The position numbers were made by a program, and so were the translations under genes. 64,000 nt of DNA from Microthyrium microscopicum (taxonomy: Eukaryota): assembly GCA_010405405.1 (NCBI GenBank), contig MU004233.1, forward strand, positions 943,122 through 1,007,121, written 5' to 3'. The notes under the pieces are model-generated. The model was not told where the DNA came from. It ran no database searches and saw nothing but the letters and a program-made list of their open reading frames with translations. Positions 13,279-26,458 of this stretch are shown one piece after another (position 1 is the stretch's first letter; the number at the start of each line of letters is the position of its first letter).

Positions 13279-14482
13279 ACTGATTCGTATGTAATAAAAT
13301 TTAGAGGATGTATTTTGAGTGTTTCAATCGAAGTCGACTTTGAAAAGTTGGGAAATAAAAGATGGTGTTCAACCAAAAGTTTTTGAGAATACAGAATAAA
13401 CGCACGGGAAAATTGATGGACACTGTAGTATTTATAGTCAATCTTATGCCTCCGATAGCGGCTGGCTAATATGTTTCAATTGGGCGAGAATCTGCAGACC
13501 TAAACGTTCTCAAAACGTGCGGTGTTTGAGTAAAGTTTCTGAAACATTTTTTATTTCCAGGGCAGCCAATAGAGAACAAAACAACACTCAATACCTATCA
13601 GCTCTACCGGCTCCCGTCACTCACTTTCTCTTACATTCTTAGTCATTATCATACCCGGAGGATTGCTTAGTACATCGGTTAGACTCATAGCTACGGTGAA
13701 AAGGTGCCCGTTGTACACCTAGCAGTTATCTTACTTGATATGGCATGTTATCCAACAATTAGCCGCTCAGGGGTACTCTGAGACGCCCCAAGGACCACGA
13801 CAGTAGTCCTACAAATACAAGTAAACATCTCTCACTTTGCGATAGCTGCGTGTTCATTGCAGGTTTTCGTTACGTCTACCATTGGGAAAATCGGTATCGA
13901 CGCCATCGGCTCAGCCACCGCGTCTGCGCTCCATCTGCTCTGGGGGAAGGACGGATTGGATAGTTCTACTGACATTATACTATGTGCACGACGTGCTCTA
14001 TCTACGCCGCTCAGGATAGCTTGAGTTGTCAGTGTAGCAGGCACAACCCCATTGCTCCTCTTGCGGATTTGGCACCTATAGACTGGCTGGCCATCAGCAC
14101 CAAAGCATACCATGTTTCAGGTACTGCATATCGTTATCATAATGGTCTACAAAATTGGTCTGATCTCACACATGGATTGCAGTCTTGCAGAATGTGATGG
14201 GCACAAGGAACGCTTCGCTCTCTATCTCTCTGCACAGCAACAGGCGGACATTCTTGAAGTCATGATTGATTGCCAGAGGAGATGCATCACTATGACGATG
14301 ATGCCCAATAATTACTATACCAGGTAGGTTGGTAGACGCCCATGTCTGACAGGTAGTAGAACAGCCTATTGGAACTCCTCAAGTCCCGCTCCTTCATACT
14401 CCAGTCACTTCTCCATCCTGCAAAAGAACTTTGTCTGTTATGACTTTTCCGGAGTGGCCTCGAGAGTACTTCAACGCGGCCC

Positions 14483-15100
14483 TTACATATCCAACACTGT
14501 CTCGTAATACTTCCCAACCAACCGTTCGCGAACGTAGCGCTCAACTTCATCACTCAGGCTCTCCTCGTACTCTGCCACGTCCTTCTGCAGTCGCTTGTTG
14601 ACCTCTGTCTCAATCCGAGCCGTCAATTCCTCCTCCGTAGGTATCGATGTTGACTTCGACTTGAGGTTCTGGTAATGTGCGCGAGCGAGCTTCTCGACAA
14701 CAGAGGTTCGTTCCTTCTTCCATGTCTCCTCCTGGGCTGCGATCCGCTCGTTGTAGAGCTGTTCCACGCGAGCTTTGACTTTTAGCTCCACCTTGTCGAT
14801 CACGTAGACTTTTTTTAGGAAGGCAGGATAGTCAGGATCGTAGGTTGTGGATTCTTGGCTACCAGATTTGGGCGCCAGAGATTCTGTGTCGTCGGCCATT
14901 GCGCGTCGACGTTTGGTAAGCCGCGCAGTGTCTGTATTATGTGCGTGAAAGGAAGTATTGATATCGCTCGCAGGTGTGGTGACTGGAAAAGATTGCGAGT
15001 GTCGGCGCTTGGAGCGCTGGGGCAAGGTGTTATGTTGTTGATCTTGCGGAGAACTCAAAGGCGCCGTTTCCACTTCCATATTGTCCGAGTCTGAATCCAT
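14483..15100 (-). CDS. Hypothetical protein with a disordered N-terminus and a coiled-coil-like C-terminus; probably one more short exon after a GTAAGG donor at 14486
   Basis: About 205-codon ORF from ATG 15100 (MDSDSDNMEVE) with an E/K/R-rich helical C-half. No family recognised. Confidence 0.55.
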   Translation of the reverse strand: MDSDSDNMEVETAPLSSPQDQQHNTLPQRSKRRHSQSFPVTTPASDINTSFHAHNTDTARLTKRRRAMADDTESLAPKSGSQESTTYDPDYPAFLKKVYVIDKVELKVKARVEQLYNERIAAQEETWKKERTSVVEKLARAHYQNLKSKSTSIPTEEELTARIETEVNKRLQKDVAEYEESLSDEVERYVRERLVGKYYETVLDM

Positions 15101-16309
15101 TTCAACCAAACAAAGAGATTTCTTGCTGTCGAAGGAAGACAATCGGATAGTGTTTGACTTTTCGTGGGAAATTTGAATGAAAGTAGGAAATCAGAATTGT
15201 TGATGAGCAGTGGAGATAACAAATAGCAGGCAAGTGTGTTGAAGGGTAAGAGGTACAGGTCTTCGAGCTGCATCAGTGAAAAAGTCATGAAGGTTTTTGA
15301 GGTGGTGCAAAAATACTAGTGAAGGTAGCTTGGGGAAAGCATGAGGTGACTTCGATATTCACTGAGACTTCTTGTCCCACGACTCCTTACGTGCGCTACA
15401 AGATATTGTAAGCACTATTCTTCTGTAAAGAATTGATAGATAGGATGAATTTCCTTGCTATTATCCGCCATAAATGTTACCTTTCCAGCCTGCTTCACTA
15501 ATAGTAGACCTCCATGGCAAACACACTGAATCATTCTCACAATGATCGTATACTGACTCCTGAGACTTGGGTGTAGTTATATAGATATCAAGGGGGTGCT
15601 TCTTCATAGTATAGATTTCAAATTTTCATGTTCTTGGTGCTTCTGTCAAACCTTGAAAAGCTAGTGATGAACAAAAGATGAAAGCTACTGGACCTACAGC
15701 ATTAAGATGTAGATATTTATAACTTATCATGAAGTCGGTGTTTGCTTCTTGAGCAAATTAGAGATACAGCTTGTAGCAAGAGCCTCCGTAAGGTAGAAAA
15801 CTGATTGGCCCAAATGTTACGGGTTAAAGCTTTCGCAACGCTTGAGTAACACTGAAGGATGGCAAGATCTTCACAAACTCACTCCCGGCTGTCTACAGAT
15901 TCTTTGTTCGCTGGCAGAAGACAGATTAGGAGACAGGTCTTCATAGACCCGTTACTGAATGTATGCTGTGGATCAGGAAACATGGTGTTCAAAGCAAAAC
16001 GGGCGAACGCATATCCAGAGTAAAGAGGCCAGTCGCCAATGATCAGCATACATCTTCGAATAGAGTCTGATCTATAACTATCAACTTGACCTACAGCCAC
16101 AATACCAATTCCGATGACTTGGACCATTAGCCTAAGCGCTATCGGTATTGGGCAAAGCACTTCGAGGAAACGTGGTGCTCTCCGCTTTATCAACACAGAA
16201 GTCTTATAAGTCGTAACACTCATGACGCCCTTGAGATATCAAGCTTGAGTGCTAATTGTTACCTTCCAGTCAAGCAATTACTCAACTTTGCTTGCAGACA
16301 AATCACAAA

Positions 16310-17338
16310 ATGACCAGTAACATTCACATCAAGGACCCAACATTTCGAAACTACAACTCGGAAGATGCGGCCAAATTCGCTAAGAGCAGACTATCCTACT
16401 CATCCGCTCTCTACGATGCGATCATCAAGTACCATACCACTAGCGGGCAGTTCGATACCCTCCTCGATGTAGGCTGCGGATCAGGAGCCGCAACGCGTGA
16501 TCTCGGACACTACTTTTCCCATGCCAAAGGCATCGATCCTGGACAAGAACTCATTCTACAAGCCAGGAAGCTGGGCGGCCAAACCAAGTCCGGAGAAGCA
16601 ATCAGCTATGACGTTCACGGTGCCGAAGACCTGGCTTCTGGATTTGAGCCTGGATCTATCGATATGCTGTCAGCAGGCATGGCGGTAAGTGAGCAAGTCT
16701 TTATTCCAACTACATGCTTACTCAAAAGGCTCACTGGTTCGACATGCGAGCTTTCTGGGTAAATGCTGCCAAAGTAGTCAAAACTGGTGGCACGGTAGCA
16801 TTATTCACACAGAGCTCTCTTTACTGCCGTAAGTTCCACGCTCCAGAATAGTAGCAGAGGCTCGTTCTCTTACTCTTCAGATCCATCTACCGCTGCGGCT
16901 GAAGAAGTTCAGCGGATTCTTACTCATCTTGAAGATGACATTCTTGGCGAACATGAACTTGAATCTAACAAGCTTTCGCGCAATATGTACGATAAGCTGA
17001 CTTTGCCTTGGCAAGTTGATGTGCCCGAATTTCCACAGGAGACGTTTCAGCGACATGAGTGGAATCGTGACGGAAAGCTTGATGTTGGCGAAACTTATTT
17101 CTTTGGAGGAAGCGAATACGATACGCTCGAGAAGCTGGCACAGAGTTTGGGAACTGCGAGTATGGTGACAAGGTGGCGCACGGCGAACGCTCATTCAGCT
17201 GGCACTGATGCTGACTGTGTCACTTTAACGATGGCAAATATTGCAAAAGCGATGGGGAATGATAGTGAGGACTTTGGGAAAACTAAAATTAGGACTGGAA
17301 GCTCGACGACTTTGCTTTTGTTTACTCGTGTCAAGTAA
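16310..17338 (+). CDS. Class I SAM-dependent methyltransferase (trans-aconitate methyltransferase-like). Introns ~16685-16728 and 16829-16880
   Basis: DPTFRNY, motif I LLDVGCGSG, GIDPG, AHWFD after splicing, LGTASMVTRWR, LLLFTR. Confidence 0.88.
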
Positions 17339-17775
17339 AAAGCCGATTGGGGTTCTGTGTAAGCGGCATCTTCTATGCATGGTGTTGAATTCTTCCATGT
17401 GGTAGCATATATAGAATAACGAGCAGATCACTGGATCTAAGCGAGTAAATAAGCACTAAGTAAGCGGGGTATATGTGCAGTTAAGTTTGTCCTGTCGTTC
17501 GTAGGGCGGGTGCATGGTCAGGACTCAGCCATGTTCAGAACTTCAGTGAGGCTGAAGACAGTCCGAGGCGACGGGATTAGAAAACAAAAGCCGGGACTCA
17601 ACATATTTAGTCCGTTGCTCAACTCAGATATCATGATTGATACTCCGTAGTGCTCGCTCTTCCACACCGCACTGCTTGAAGAATAGGTACCTAAAACATT
17701 CGTATCACCATACAAACACTCTCACAACCATTTTATCCTCCCAACTTCACGTCCAGTTCGATCCAATCATCAAGA

Positions 17776-19098
17776 ATGGAGGCAAAACTCAACTCTGCTT
17801 TTGAAGCCTCAGTGAAGGAGAAGAAGGTACCGGCAGTAGGAGCTATTGCACTTGACAAAACAGGGAAAGTCATATACTCAGGAGCCTATGGCAAAACCTC
17901 CATCGAAGGTGGAGCAGCATTTACGACATCAACTCCATTTCTGGCCTGGAGTCTCACAAAACTTGTGGTATCCATCGCAGCCCTCCAGTTGAAAGAGCAA
18001 GGGAAGCTTCAACTCGACGATCTAGTCGAAAAATATGTTCCTCAAATCAAAGACCCAAAGATCCTCGAAGGCTTCAACGATGATGGAAGTCCCAAACTTC
18101 GCGAGGCCAAGAACAAACCAACCATCTTGAACCTTCTCACTCATACTAGCGGGTTGTCCTATGACTGGTGCAACAAGAACTTATTCCAGTATCGACTTGC
18201 TACGAATATGGCTCCGGGATTATACAATACAGGTGCTCCAGAACCATTCTTTGATTCTCCTCTCGACTCGGAGCCCGGAACAAAGTTCGAGTATGGTATC
18301 AGCATCGACATTCTAGGTCTTGTTGTTGAGGCTGTTTCCAAGCAAAGGCTACCAGCGTATTTAAAAGAGCACATCTTTGATCCTCTGGGGATGACCAAAA
18401 CCGGACCTCAGCCAGCACTCAATGCAGAGGGTGTGGATGAATTTCTCTTGGTCCATATGCGTCTACCCGATGGCTCTTTGGTTGCAGATCCCTTGAAACT
18501 GCCCGCAGACCCGGTAATCTTTGGAGGAGGACATTTCCTCTACTCTTGTATGGAGGATTATGTGTCCAAATTCCTGCTCACTGTCCTCAATCATGGAACA
18601 CATCCAGCAACTGGTGTAACAATCCTTCAGAAGAAGACTTCAGAGGACTATGTTTTCAGGGAACACGTCGTGTCTTCTGTAGGTGCATCTATTGACGGTG
18701 TCGGTGTTGTCAAGTCTATGATTGGTCAAGTATGCAATGACGGAGAATTGCTTCCCGGCCTGAAAAAGTCCTGGAGCTGTGCATTCATGATGAATCTTGA
18801 AGATTCTCCCAGCGGAAGGAAAGCTGGCTCTGGTAAGCTACATTTCCCCCTTGTCAGTCATTAAAGGTGATGACGATAGACGCTAACGGTCAGAATAGGC
18901 GCATGGTGTGGATTTGGAAATATTTATTATTGGGTTGATCCAACCGAGGGCATCACTGGTATGCTGGTCACCGAGACATTGCCGTTCCTTGATCCAGAGC
19001 CTCTGAGACTGTTTGATGACTTTGAAAGAGCTGTGTATGGTCATTCGGAGGCCAAAGAAGGTGACTGGAGGAATTCCACAAGCTCTCCTGCTGCGTAG
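17776..19098 (+). CDS. Serine beta-lactamase-family esterase/acyltransferase (LovD-like). Intron 18833-18898
   Basis: SxxK motif WSLTK, LLTHTSGLSY, EPGTKFEYG, IFDPLGM, GGGHFLYS; last exon GAWCGFGNIYYWVDP. Confidence 0.92.
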
Positions 19099-20246
19099 TG
19101 GAACCATTCTTTCAATAATAGGATAGACTTTTCGGAGATGAAAAAATAGAGCCATTTGGGCCATACTCTCATCGAAGGCGATGTCTGCCATAAACCCTCA
19201 TCAATATGAAATGCTATAATGACCATCAACTGCCTTAAATATTTGCGAGACTATCGACCGCGATGGTAAATGAAGCAGCCGCTGTTGAAAAGACGATATG
19301 GCGGACATGACAATTGATGGAGATACGCACACTTTCCATACAGTCCGCCAAGGTTATAGACCAGACAGAAATCGAATCCTGCCACGTTTGAAAAAGGGAC
19401 GGCATTCTCTCATCAAAAGCAGTGCGATGTAAAATAAAATATATGATATCAGAGCATAGAGTGACCGAACCATCGAACTTGATGGAAACAAAGAGTGAAC
19501 CAAGGTTTGTTTGGCGAGAGTGACAAATTAGTGATGAAACATATGGTGCTAGTCTCTATTTGTCCTAGCGTATTTTCACCAGCAGTTGCCTTTATTAAGG
19601 GCAGCCCCTCCGCTTCTCACTCTTTCTTCCCCAGCTCTTTCTCCTCTCACTAATTTGACCCTCAGCACTTTATTTCATCAACAACTCCCTCAAACCGCCC
19701 TTTCCATCCTCAAAATCCTAATAACGTGAATCTCCAGTCTCTCAATACCTTGATATCCACTTTCTGAGCTGGCACAAGTTCAAACAAACTGCCAATCTTA
19801 AGCTCTTACCCTATCTAGCCAACGATTGCCGCCTTGGGCAGGCCACGATTTCATCACACCCGCCTAAGGTAGGCACCGATTACATCACAGTGAGGTTTCG
19901 CTGCTTGAGCTTGAGCTTTGGGGAAAATAGGTGGAACAATACTGTGGTTGGAAAGGTTATTGTTGTACCTGGCCGCTTGTCTAGTTTTGATCAGAAGTGT
20001 CTTGTCGCGCACTCACAAATCAAAGAAAATATTTCATACCCATTTACCCCTTCTAACTGTAGCGCACTCTTGATACTTTAAGCTGCGCTGCTGTGGAAAG
20101 TGTCCCTGATCGAAAACTCAGTACTACTCATATCTAGAGGAAGGAACGACTGCAGATCTGCCGCCTCAATCACGACTCAACAAACGCATTTCAATCCCTT
20201 CTCGCCAACGACAACCTCTCATTCAACGCCCTTTTAACCTTTCAAG

Positions 20247-21899
20247 ATGTCTTCCTGGGTGTTGTTCAGATTCAAATCCGCACGAGACGCTACACGTATA
20301 ACCTTCGACGGTACCGGTATCACCGTCTTTGAACTCAAACGTGATATCATCCTCAAAAATCAACTCGGCGACGGCAAAGACTTCGATCTGCGAATTTTTG
20401 ATGCGGGCACAAACGAGGAGTACAACGATGACACAGCCATCGTGCCTCGCGCATCATCAGTGATAGGTCAGCGCGTGCCAACCACCCGACCCGGCTACGG
20501 AAAAGCCGCACGATACGTCTCTGGACGCGTACCTGTCCAAAGCCGCCGAAACGAAAGACCAAGTGCTAGTAGCGCATCCAATCCAAATGACTTTGCTGCC
20601 ATGAACAACGCCAAAACCGAGGAGGAGAAGATGGCACTCATCGCTGGCGGTGGTGGTCAATGGCAAAAACAACAAGAAGCCATGTCCCTTGCCAAACGTG
20701 TTGCATTCCAAAAGCCTGGCGGCGCACCACGACCTGGTGGCTCTGAAGGAGGGCCCCCACCACAAGGCTACATTTGCTATCGATGTCAACAGAAAGGTCA
20801 CTACATCAGAGATTGCCCAACGAACGGCGATCCCAACTTTGTACCCAAACCACAACTCAAGAAGACCACCGGCATTCCTCGATCATTCCTGGAGAAGATC
20901 GACAAGAACGAAATACTGGAGGAAGATGAGAACGGCAAGCCCAAGGGCTACATGGTAGATGGCGAAGGAAATCGGGTTCGTGTCAAGACGGACACTGCAA
21001 CATGGGAGAAGGAACAAGCTCGTCAGAAAGCTTCCGCAGCGAAGAAAGAAGCTGCAGAGGAAGCCGACAAGGAGCTAAAAGAGCGTGGCTTAGAGTGTGA
21101 CCTCGATCAACGCATGTTCGAAGTCCCTACAAAAACATCTTGTTGCCAGAAGACCTATTGCTACAATTGCATCGACGAAGCCCTCGTTAACAACGACCTT
21201 GTCTGTCCAAATTGCGGCACCGAAAATGTTTTGATTGATGACCTACTACCCGACAATGAAATGGCCCTCAAAATCAAAGCTTATCGCGAAGAGAAAGCCG
21301 CTCAAGCCAAAGCCAAAGAGTCTGCAGCTGAAAAGGCAGTCGAGTCTGTAGAGACAAAAACTGAGGGAGACAATGCAGGACAAAGTCCCAAGTCAGAGCC
21401 CGGTTCACCCGCAAACTCTTCATCTAAAAAACGCACTGCCTCAGAAGAGCTCATCAATGAAAGAATTCCAACTGCGCCTGCTGCCATGCGCAAGGAACAA
21501 GAGCAAGAACGACTGTCCCAGCAAGGCTGGAACCCGCAATTCCTCGCAGATATGGAAAACCTCAGCAAGGGCAGTCTCCCAACAAATATGCCACCAGCCG
21601 GACCTACCTTCCCCATGAATCCCATGATGCCTAATATGGCAATGATGGGAATGATGCCTAATATGATGGCCATGAATGGCATGCCCAACATGCCTTATAT
21701 GGGCATGAACAACCGCCAAAATTGGCAGCCTCAGGCCCCAGTTCAGTATCCCAACGGCCACAATCAGTATCCCAACGGCCAAAATCAGCAACCTAATGGC
21801 CAAAATCAGCAGGAGGAAAGCCCCTACATGCGCCAACCAGTCAATCCTAACCGCTCAAAGCAGAAGCGGTTACGTCCTAGCGAGTATAAAGCGCTCTAG
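20247..21899 (+). CDS. MPE1: Mpe1/RBBP6-like cleavage and polyadenylation factor subunit
   Basis: DWNN ubiquitin-like N-terminus (FRFKS...FELKRDI), zinc knuckle CYRCQQKGHYIRDCPTN, KKTTGIPRSFL, RING-like CC..YC..CI...CPNC. Confidence 0.95.
   Translation: MSSWVLFRFKSARDATRITFDGTGITVFELKRDIILKNQLGDGKDFDLRIFDAGTNEEYNDDTAIVPRASSVIGQRVPTTRPGYGKAARYVSGRVPVQSRRNERPSASSASNPNDFAAMNNAKTEEEKMALIAGGGGQWQKQQEAMSLAKRVAFQKPGGAPRPGGSEGGPPPQGYICYRCQQKGHYIRDCPTNGDPNFVPKPQLKKTTGIPRSFLEKIDKNEILEEDENGKPKGYMVDGEGNRVRVKTDTATWEKEQARQKASAAKKEAAEEADKELKERGLECDLDQRMFEVPTKTSCCQKTYCYNCIDEALVNNDLVCPNCGTENVLIDDLLPDNEMALKIKAYREEKAAQAKAKESAAEKAVESVETKTEGDNAGQSPKSEPGSPANSSSKKRTASEELINERIPTAPAAMRKEQEQERLSQQGWNPQFLADMENLSKGSLPTNMPPAGPTFPMNPMMPNMAMMGMMPNMMAMNGMPNMPYMGMNNRQNWQPQAPVQYPNGHNQYPNGQNQQPNGQNQQEESPYMRQPVNPNRSKQKRLRPSEYKAL
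21744..21812 (+). repeat. 21-bp coding tandem repeat, about 3 copies (QYPNGHN/QYPNGQN/QQPNGQN)
   Basis: cagtatcccaacggccacaat cagtatcccaacggccaaaat cagcaacctaatggccaaaat. Confidence 0.8.
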
Positions 21900-22377
21900 T
21901 AGTTTCTACTGTATATAGTCAATACATGCCCGAATGGGCTTTGACCAAACTTTCTTTGTGCTTTGATAATGTGATTATCTCTCAACGCGTTTGATGCCTA
22001 CTGAAGAATACGTTTCTGATCGAGTGTTATGGTTCCCACTGTGTACAATGGATTGTTTAGAATTTTACCACGGGGCGACCAAGTAGTCTTTTTAACTACA
22101 TTTCTTGAAAGCCTTGGAGAATGAATATATGATAAAATCAACAGCAGCAATACTCCCATCGCGGTCGACGGCTACCATAAAATGAGGTCTTGTTTGATTT
22201 CTATGATTCCCACCAGATGCAATGGCACTTTCACAATTTTCCCCCCACACAAATCATGCTCACCAGACTGCGCAGACTAGAAATTTTCCACGTTCCATCA
22301 ACTTCCGGTATACAGCTCCTTTGTAGATATAAAAGCCTATTTTTTACCAGCACTTGTAAACTTCAACAACATCCAGC

Positions 22378-23542
22378 ATGGCCGACCCAACACCCGTCAT
22401 CGGCCCCGAGCCACCAAAAAAGCTCTCCGTTGACGAAGTCATCGCCGAGCTCCAGCGCATCCCCCTATTCATGACCAACGCCGATGCCACCGTCGACAAC
22501 CCAGAGCTCGAGGCCTTTCGCGCTCTGGCCTTCGAAGGGTCTCGCGCGGAGGTCGCGTCCAACTTCCGCGAGCAAGGCAACGAGGCTGCGCGGGCACGCC
22601 AGTGGCTGGACGCACGGGAGTTCTACACCAAAGCATTAGCGACGCTGAAGGGGCCAGAGACTGCTGAGAAGAGAGTGGTGGAGGAGGGTGAGGAGGAGGA
22701 AGTGGAGATTGATGAGCGGGCGGTGGAGGAGGCGTGTTGGGTTAATCGTGCGCTTTGTCAGTTGGAGTTGAGTAAGTGATCTTGACAATCTGGCAGGAAA
22801 CGAGAGCTAATGGTGAATAGAGAATTACCGGTCGTGTAATGCTGATTGTGCGGAGACGTTGCGGATGAATCCAGCTAATGTCAAGGCTTGGTATCGCTCG
22901 GCGAGTGCTTGTCTGGCTTTGGACAAGATACCAGAGGCGGCAGATGCATGTTCACGAGGGCTGGAGGTTGATGGTACGAACAAAGCACTACGAGTGCTGC
23001 AGGGAAAAATTCAAGCACGAAAAGATTACATCACCAAGGTCGAAGCCGCACGACAAGAGCGCGAGGAGAAAGAAGCCAAAGAGAAGGCCGCCATAACAGA
23101 AGCCTTGAAAACGCGCAACATTCCCACAAGGAAGACAAACTCGCCTCCCAACATGGAAGATGCCATCATCAAACTCGCCTCACCACTAGACCCAACATCC
23201 ACCCTCTCCATCCCCATGCTCATCCTCTACCCGCTAGCCAGCCAAACAGACCTCATCAAATCCTTCGAAGAAACGCACTCGCTACTCGATCACCTATCGT
23301 ACCTAATTCCAGTCCCCTGGGACACAAACCAAGAATACACCCTCGACAGCATCGACATCTACATGCCCACGCCATCCAGCGGTCTAATCAAAGCCGGCAA
23401 AAAACTCCCTCTCCAAAAACTGCTCGCCAGCGGCAAAATCGAGCTCGTCGACGATATGCTGCACGCCTACATCGTCCCGCGCGCCAAAGCCGCCGGCTGG
23501 ATCTCCGACTACAAACTCACACAAGGAGGCCGTCGCCCATAA
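22378..23542 (+). CDS. CNS1: Hsp70/Hsp90 TPR co-chaperone Cns1/TTC4. Intron 22772-22820
   Basis: PLFMT, ALAFEG, NFREQGNE, NRALCQLEL|NYRSC, NVKAWYRSASA, wheel domain LYPLASQTDLIKSF. Confidence 0.93.
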
Positions 23543-25147
23543 ACTGATTTGCGTAACATCGCACCACGGCCGCAACACGACGCGCACCCACAACCAAGAC
23601 GACTGCAAAGACCAAGGCCCAAACCAGCCAACATATATACTTAACGCCAAAAACGCATTCTCCACATCCCAGCCCTACCCCAAAAGCACGCTATCCAGAC
23701 CATCCGGTACCTGTAAGAGATAAAAACCCAGTGCCCCGTGCAAGTCCCAAAGCAAGCAAAGCAGCCAAAATAGGCGAAACCCTTGGCCCACGACATTCCA
23801 GAAGGTCCAACGAAGCATAGAACGCAGGAACCAACAGACCCAAAGACGCATCGACAATACCCACTCTATACGCACCAGGGGTACAGCAAATGAAAGAAAT
23901 ACCGATATTTAAACCAACCCCACGAGCCCAGATGGGGATGTTGCGCGGAAGCAGCGTCTTCCATAGCATGTCTACTATATAATACAACCGAGTATAGGTC
24001 TTCAATGTAAAATAACTCTGGACCAACTGATCCGCCATAGGTTCTGCTGATAAGGAAAGAATGCCTTGTGATAGTCAAGTTAGATGGATTTTCGTGGATA
24101 CTTATAAGTTATATAAATAAGGAAGTTAGCGAAAAGCCTCGGGTCGGCAAGAGATTGTGTACCCTAAAAAGTAGTATCAGGTAGCTGTATAAGCTTAAAT
24201 AAAGAAATAGTGTAGCATGTATTATTGCAACATAAGGAAAATACACATTGCAGCTAATCTAGGATTGCTCGGGTGTTATTGTCTGAGCCTTCAATTTCGT
24301 TCTCAATTAGCTATCTTATTGCGAGCTCGGTATCATACAGCTGCGTATAGCAGTTAATCAGACCAATACTTTTTTTTTGGCAAAGCGCTATTATAAGTTT
24401 TTCATTCGCCGGACTTATAGACGCTCAATGCGCCGCCATAATTGGCTTCTGATGTGGGCCAGTGAACAATATAATATACGTGCGCGCCATCAATTGGATA
24501 CCGGCATACCGTCTAGAAGAAGAAAGAAGAGACATATAATCACAGCGGTCAGGTCCCAAGTGTGAACAATACTAACATTATTCAATTGAATCATGAACTA
24601 CTTACATATTACATACTAAATCATTACCTGTGCATTTTCTTCCTTCTCCTTTCTCTCAAATTTTGCACAGTCATAGCAGAAGCTCCTTCAATAGAAACCC
24701 AATCCAGCCGAGGCCAACTCCCGAGCCAATATTTGACCCGACCGGACGGAATTATTTGGATTAAATGCTTTTTGTTCAGACGTACAAGTCTATGCATATG
24801 AGCATGTGAACCATGTGGACCTTTGATCGCTGTAGGTGTGACACTGAAATGCAGGGATTCTCAAAAGTATTGATCGCAAAAGCCGAATTCGACGTTGATG
24901 GCAAAGCAAAAGCCTCGAGGCAAAGTGTAATATATTACATGGTGGAACTGAATCGCGGAAGTCGTAATAGTCCATAAAACAAACGACAGCCGTTGAAGCA
25001 TAATGTGATGTTGGATATCCGGGTATTGTAGAGGCCCGTCGAGGGATATCTGAAAGGACCAAATCGATGATGGTCGCACCTGAGTCTTGGGTAAAACTGA
25101 GTATAGGATAGTGTTGATAAGCTGTGGACAGCGAAGCACTTCGCCTT

Positions 25148-26458
25148 TCACCAATAACGCTTTTGATCGTAGGTGGAGTGAGTGATGATCTTCTTCTCTT
25201 TTTTGGCTTCCTTGTCCTTTTCGTAGAGCGGCTCAGGACGAATCATCTCCTTGATCAAAATGTCCTTCACACGTACTTCGTATTTTTCGCCCGTCCAAAC
25301 ACCATCTGGATTGAAAACCACGTCGTCAACCTCAACAGCGCAGAGATTTTCCAAGAAGCGGACATCAAAGGTGGATACATTGCGACGCCCACACATGGTG
25401 AGTGCCAGGGTTTTGAGGAAGCATTCCTTGGCGAGGATTTTGAAGCATGCGAGTAAGCTGCCGTCGTGAGTAAATCGCCCCTCGCTCTCAAGTGACAGTG
25501 CATGAGTCTTGGACGCATCTTCCAGTAAGACGTGGACTCGTCGAAGGTAGCCGCGTCCGATAGGTCCGATCATCGTCAAGAAGTGGCGCATGTCCAGATA
25601 GCCGACTTCTTTTGACTCGCTGATCCAGAATGGGGTGCGGGTATGGCGATTGCGGCGGAACACAAAGCGATTCTCGCTGTAGAGGATACTACATGCTTCT
25701 CCGTGGATTTCACGATTAGTGCGCAATAGAGCGGCTGAGCGCTGAGCATTTGTTGGCGAACCGAAATCGATTGGCTCTTTAGTGACAAGTACCATGCGGT
25801 AAATGACATTTCGGAGCTCTATTTTTGTTATGTTAGCGGACGAATCATGACACTTGACTGTACACTTACCAGCAGGAAGTTGAAGAAACCCTCGTGGTTC
25901 TGTGCCATACTTGTTCACCCATTTCATGACGCGCTTGGACTTGTGATGGTTGGAGGAGAACTGAGTTGGTTCGTGTAGCTTCTGTCGCTTCAGAGCAGGA
26001 ACCGACCCAGATTTGGCCTTTTGGATGGAAGCTGCCGTGGCAAGTCTAATAAAATTGGACGGGTCCAGTTCAATCTTCAAGGGTCCTTGGAAGCCTAGAG
26101 GGATATTGAAGGAGATTTGTATGGGTTCAAGCTCCGAAACGGCTGTGACTTCTGGGGTTGGCGTGTTTTCCAAAGGAGTGAAATCAGTTTCCGTCAAACA
26201 CTCCACTGGCGATAGCGGCGGTGGAGGAGGGGAAGGCGATCGTGCTCGCTTGCGTTTCTTCCCCTTCTGATTACGACCTGAATTAAGAATAAGCTTATTC
26301 TCCTCAATCAGGTCTCCCATGGCATCCGGGATAGATTCGATAGAGTTGACATATTGTGGATTTGCTTCCCTCTTGCCAGCATTTTTGCGAATGGGACGAC
26401 CAGTTGCCAAGTTGTTTCCATTGCCAGGAGCTTCAAGAGCAATGCTTCTACGTGCCAT
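25148..26458 (-). CDS. Fungal F-box-like hypothetical protein. In-frame 51-bp intron 25869-25819
   Basis: After splicing: GFLQLPAELRNVIYRMVL...ALLRTNREIHGEACSILYSENRFVF...FLTMIG. Basic, Pro-rich N-terminus. Confidence 0.82.
   Translation of the reverse strand: MARRSIALEAPGNGNNLATGRPIRKNAGKREANPQYVNSIESIPDAMGDLIEENKLILNSGRNQKGKKRKRARSPSPPPPPLSPVECLTETDFTPLENTPTPEVTAVSELEPIQISFNIPLGFQGPLKIELDPSNFIRLATAASIQKAKSGSVPALKRQKLHEPTQFSSNHHKSKRVMKWVNKYGTEPRGFLQLPAGKCTVKCHDSSANITKIELRNVIYRMVLVTKEPIDFGSPTNAQRSAALLRTNREIHGEACSILYSENRFVFRRNRHTRTPFWISESKEVGYLDMRHFLTMIGPIGRGYLRRVHVLLEDASKTHALSLESEGRFTHDGSLLACFKILAKECFLKTLALTMCGRRNVSTFDVRFLENLCAVEVDDVVFNPDGVWTGEKYEVRVKDILIKEMIRPEPLYEKDKEAKKEKKIITHSTYDQKRYW

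Noticed and set aside
23384..24078. Hydrophobic minus-strand ORFs convergent with CNS1
   Set aside because: Short, out of frame with each other and without motifs. Possibly a decayed membrane-protein gene but unsupported.
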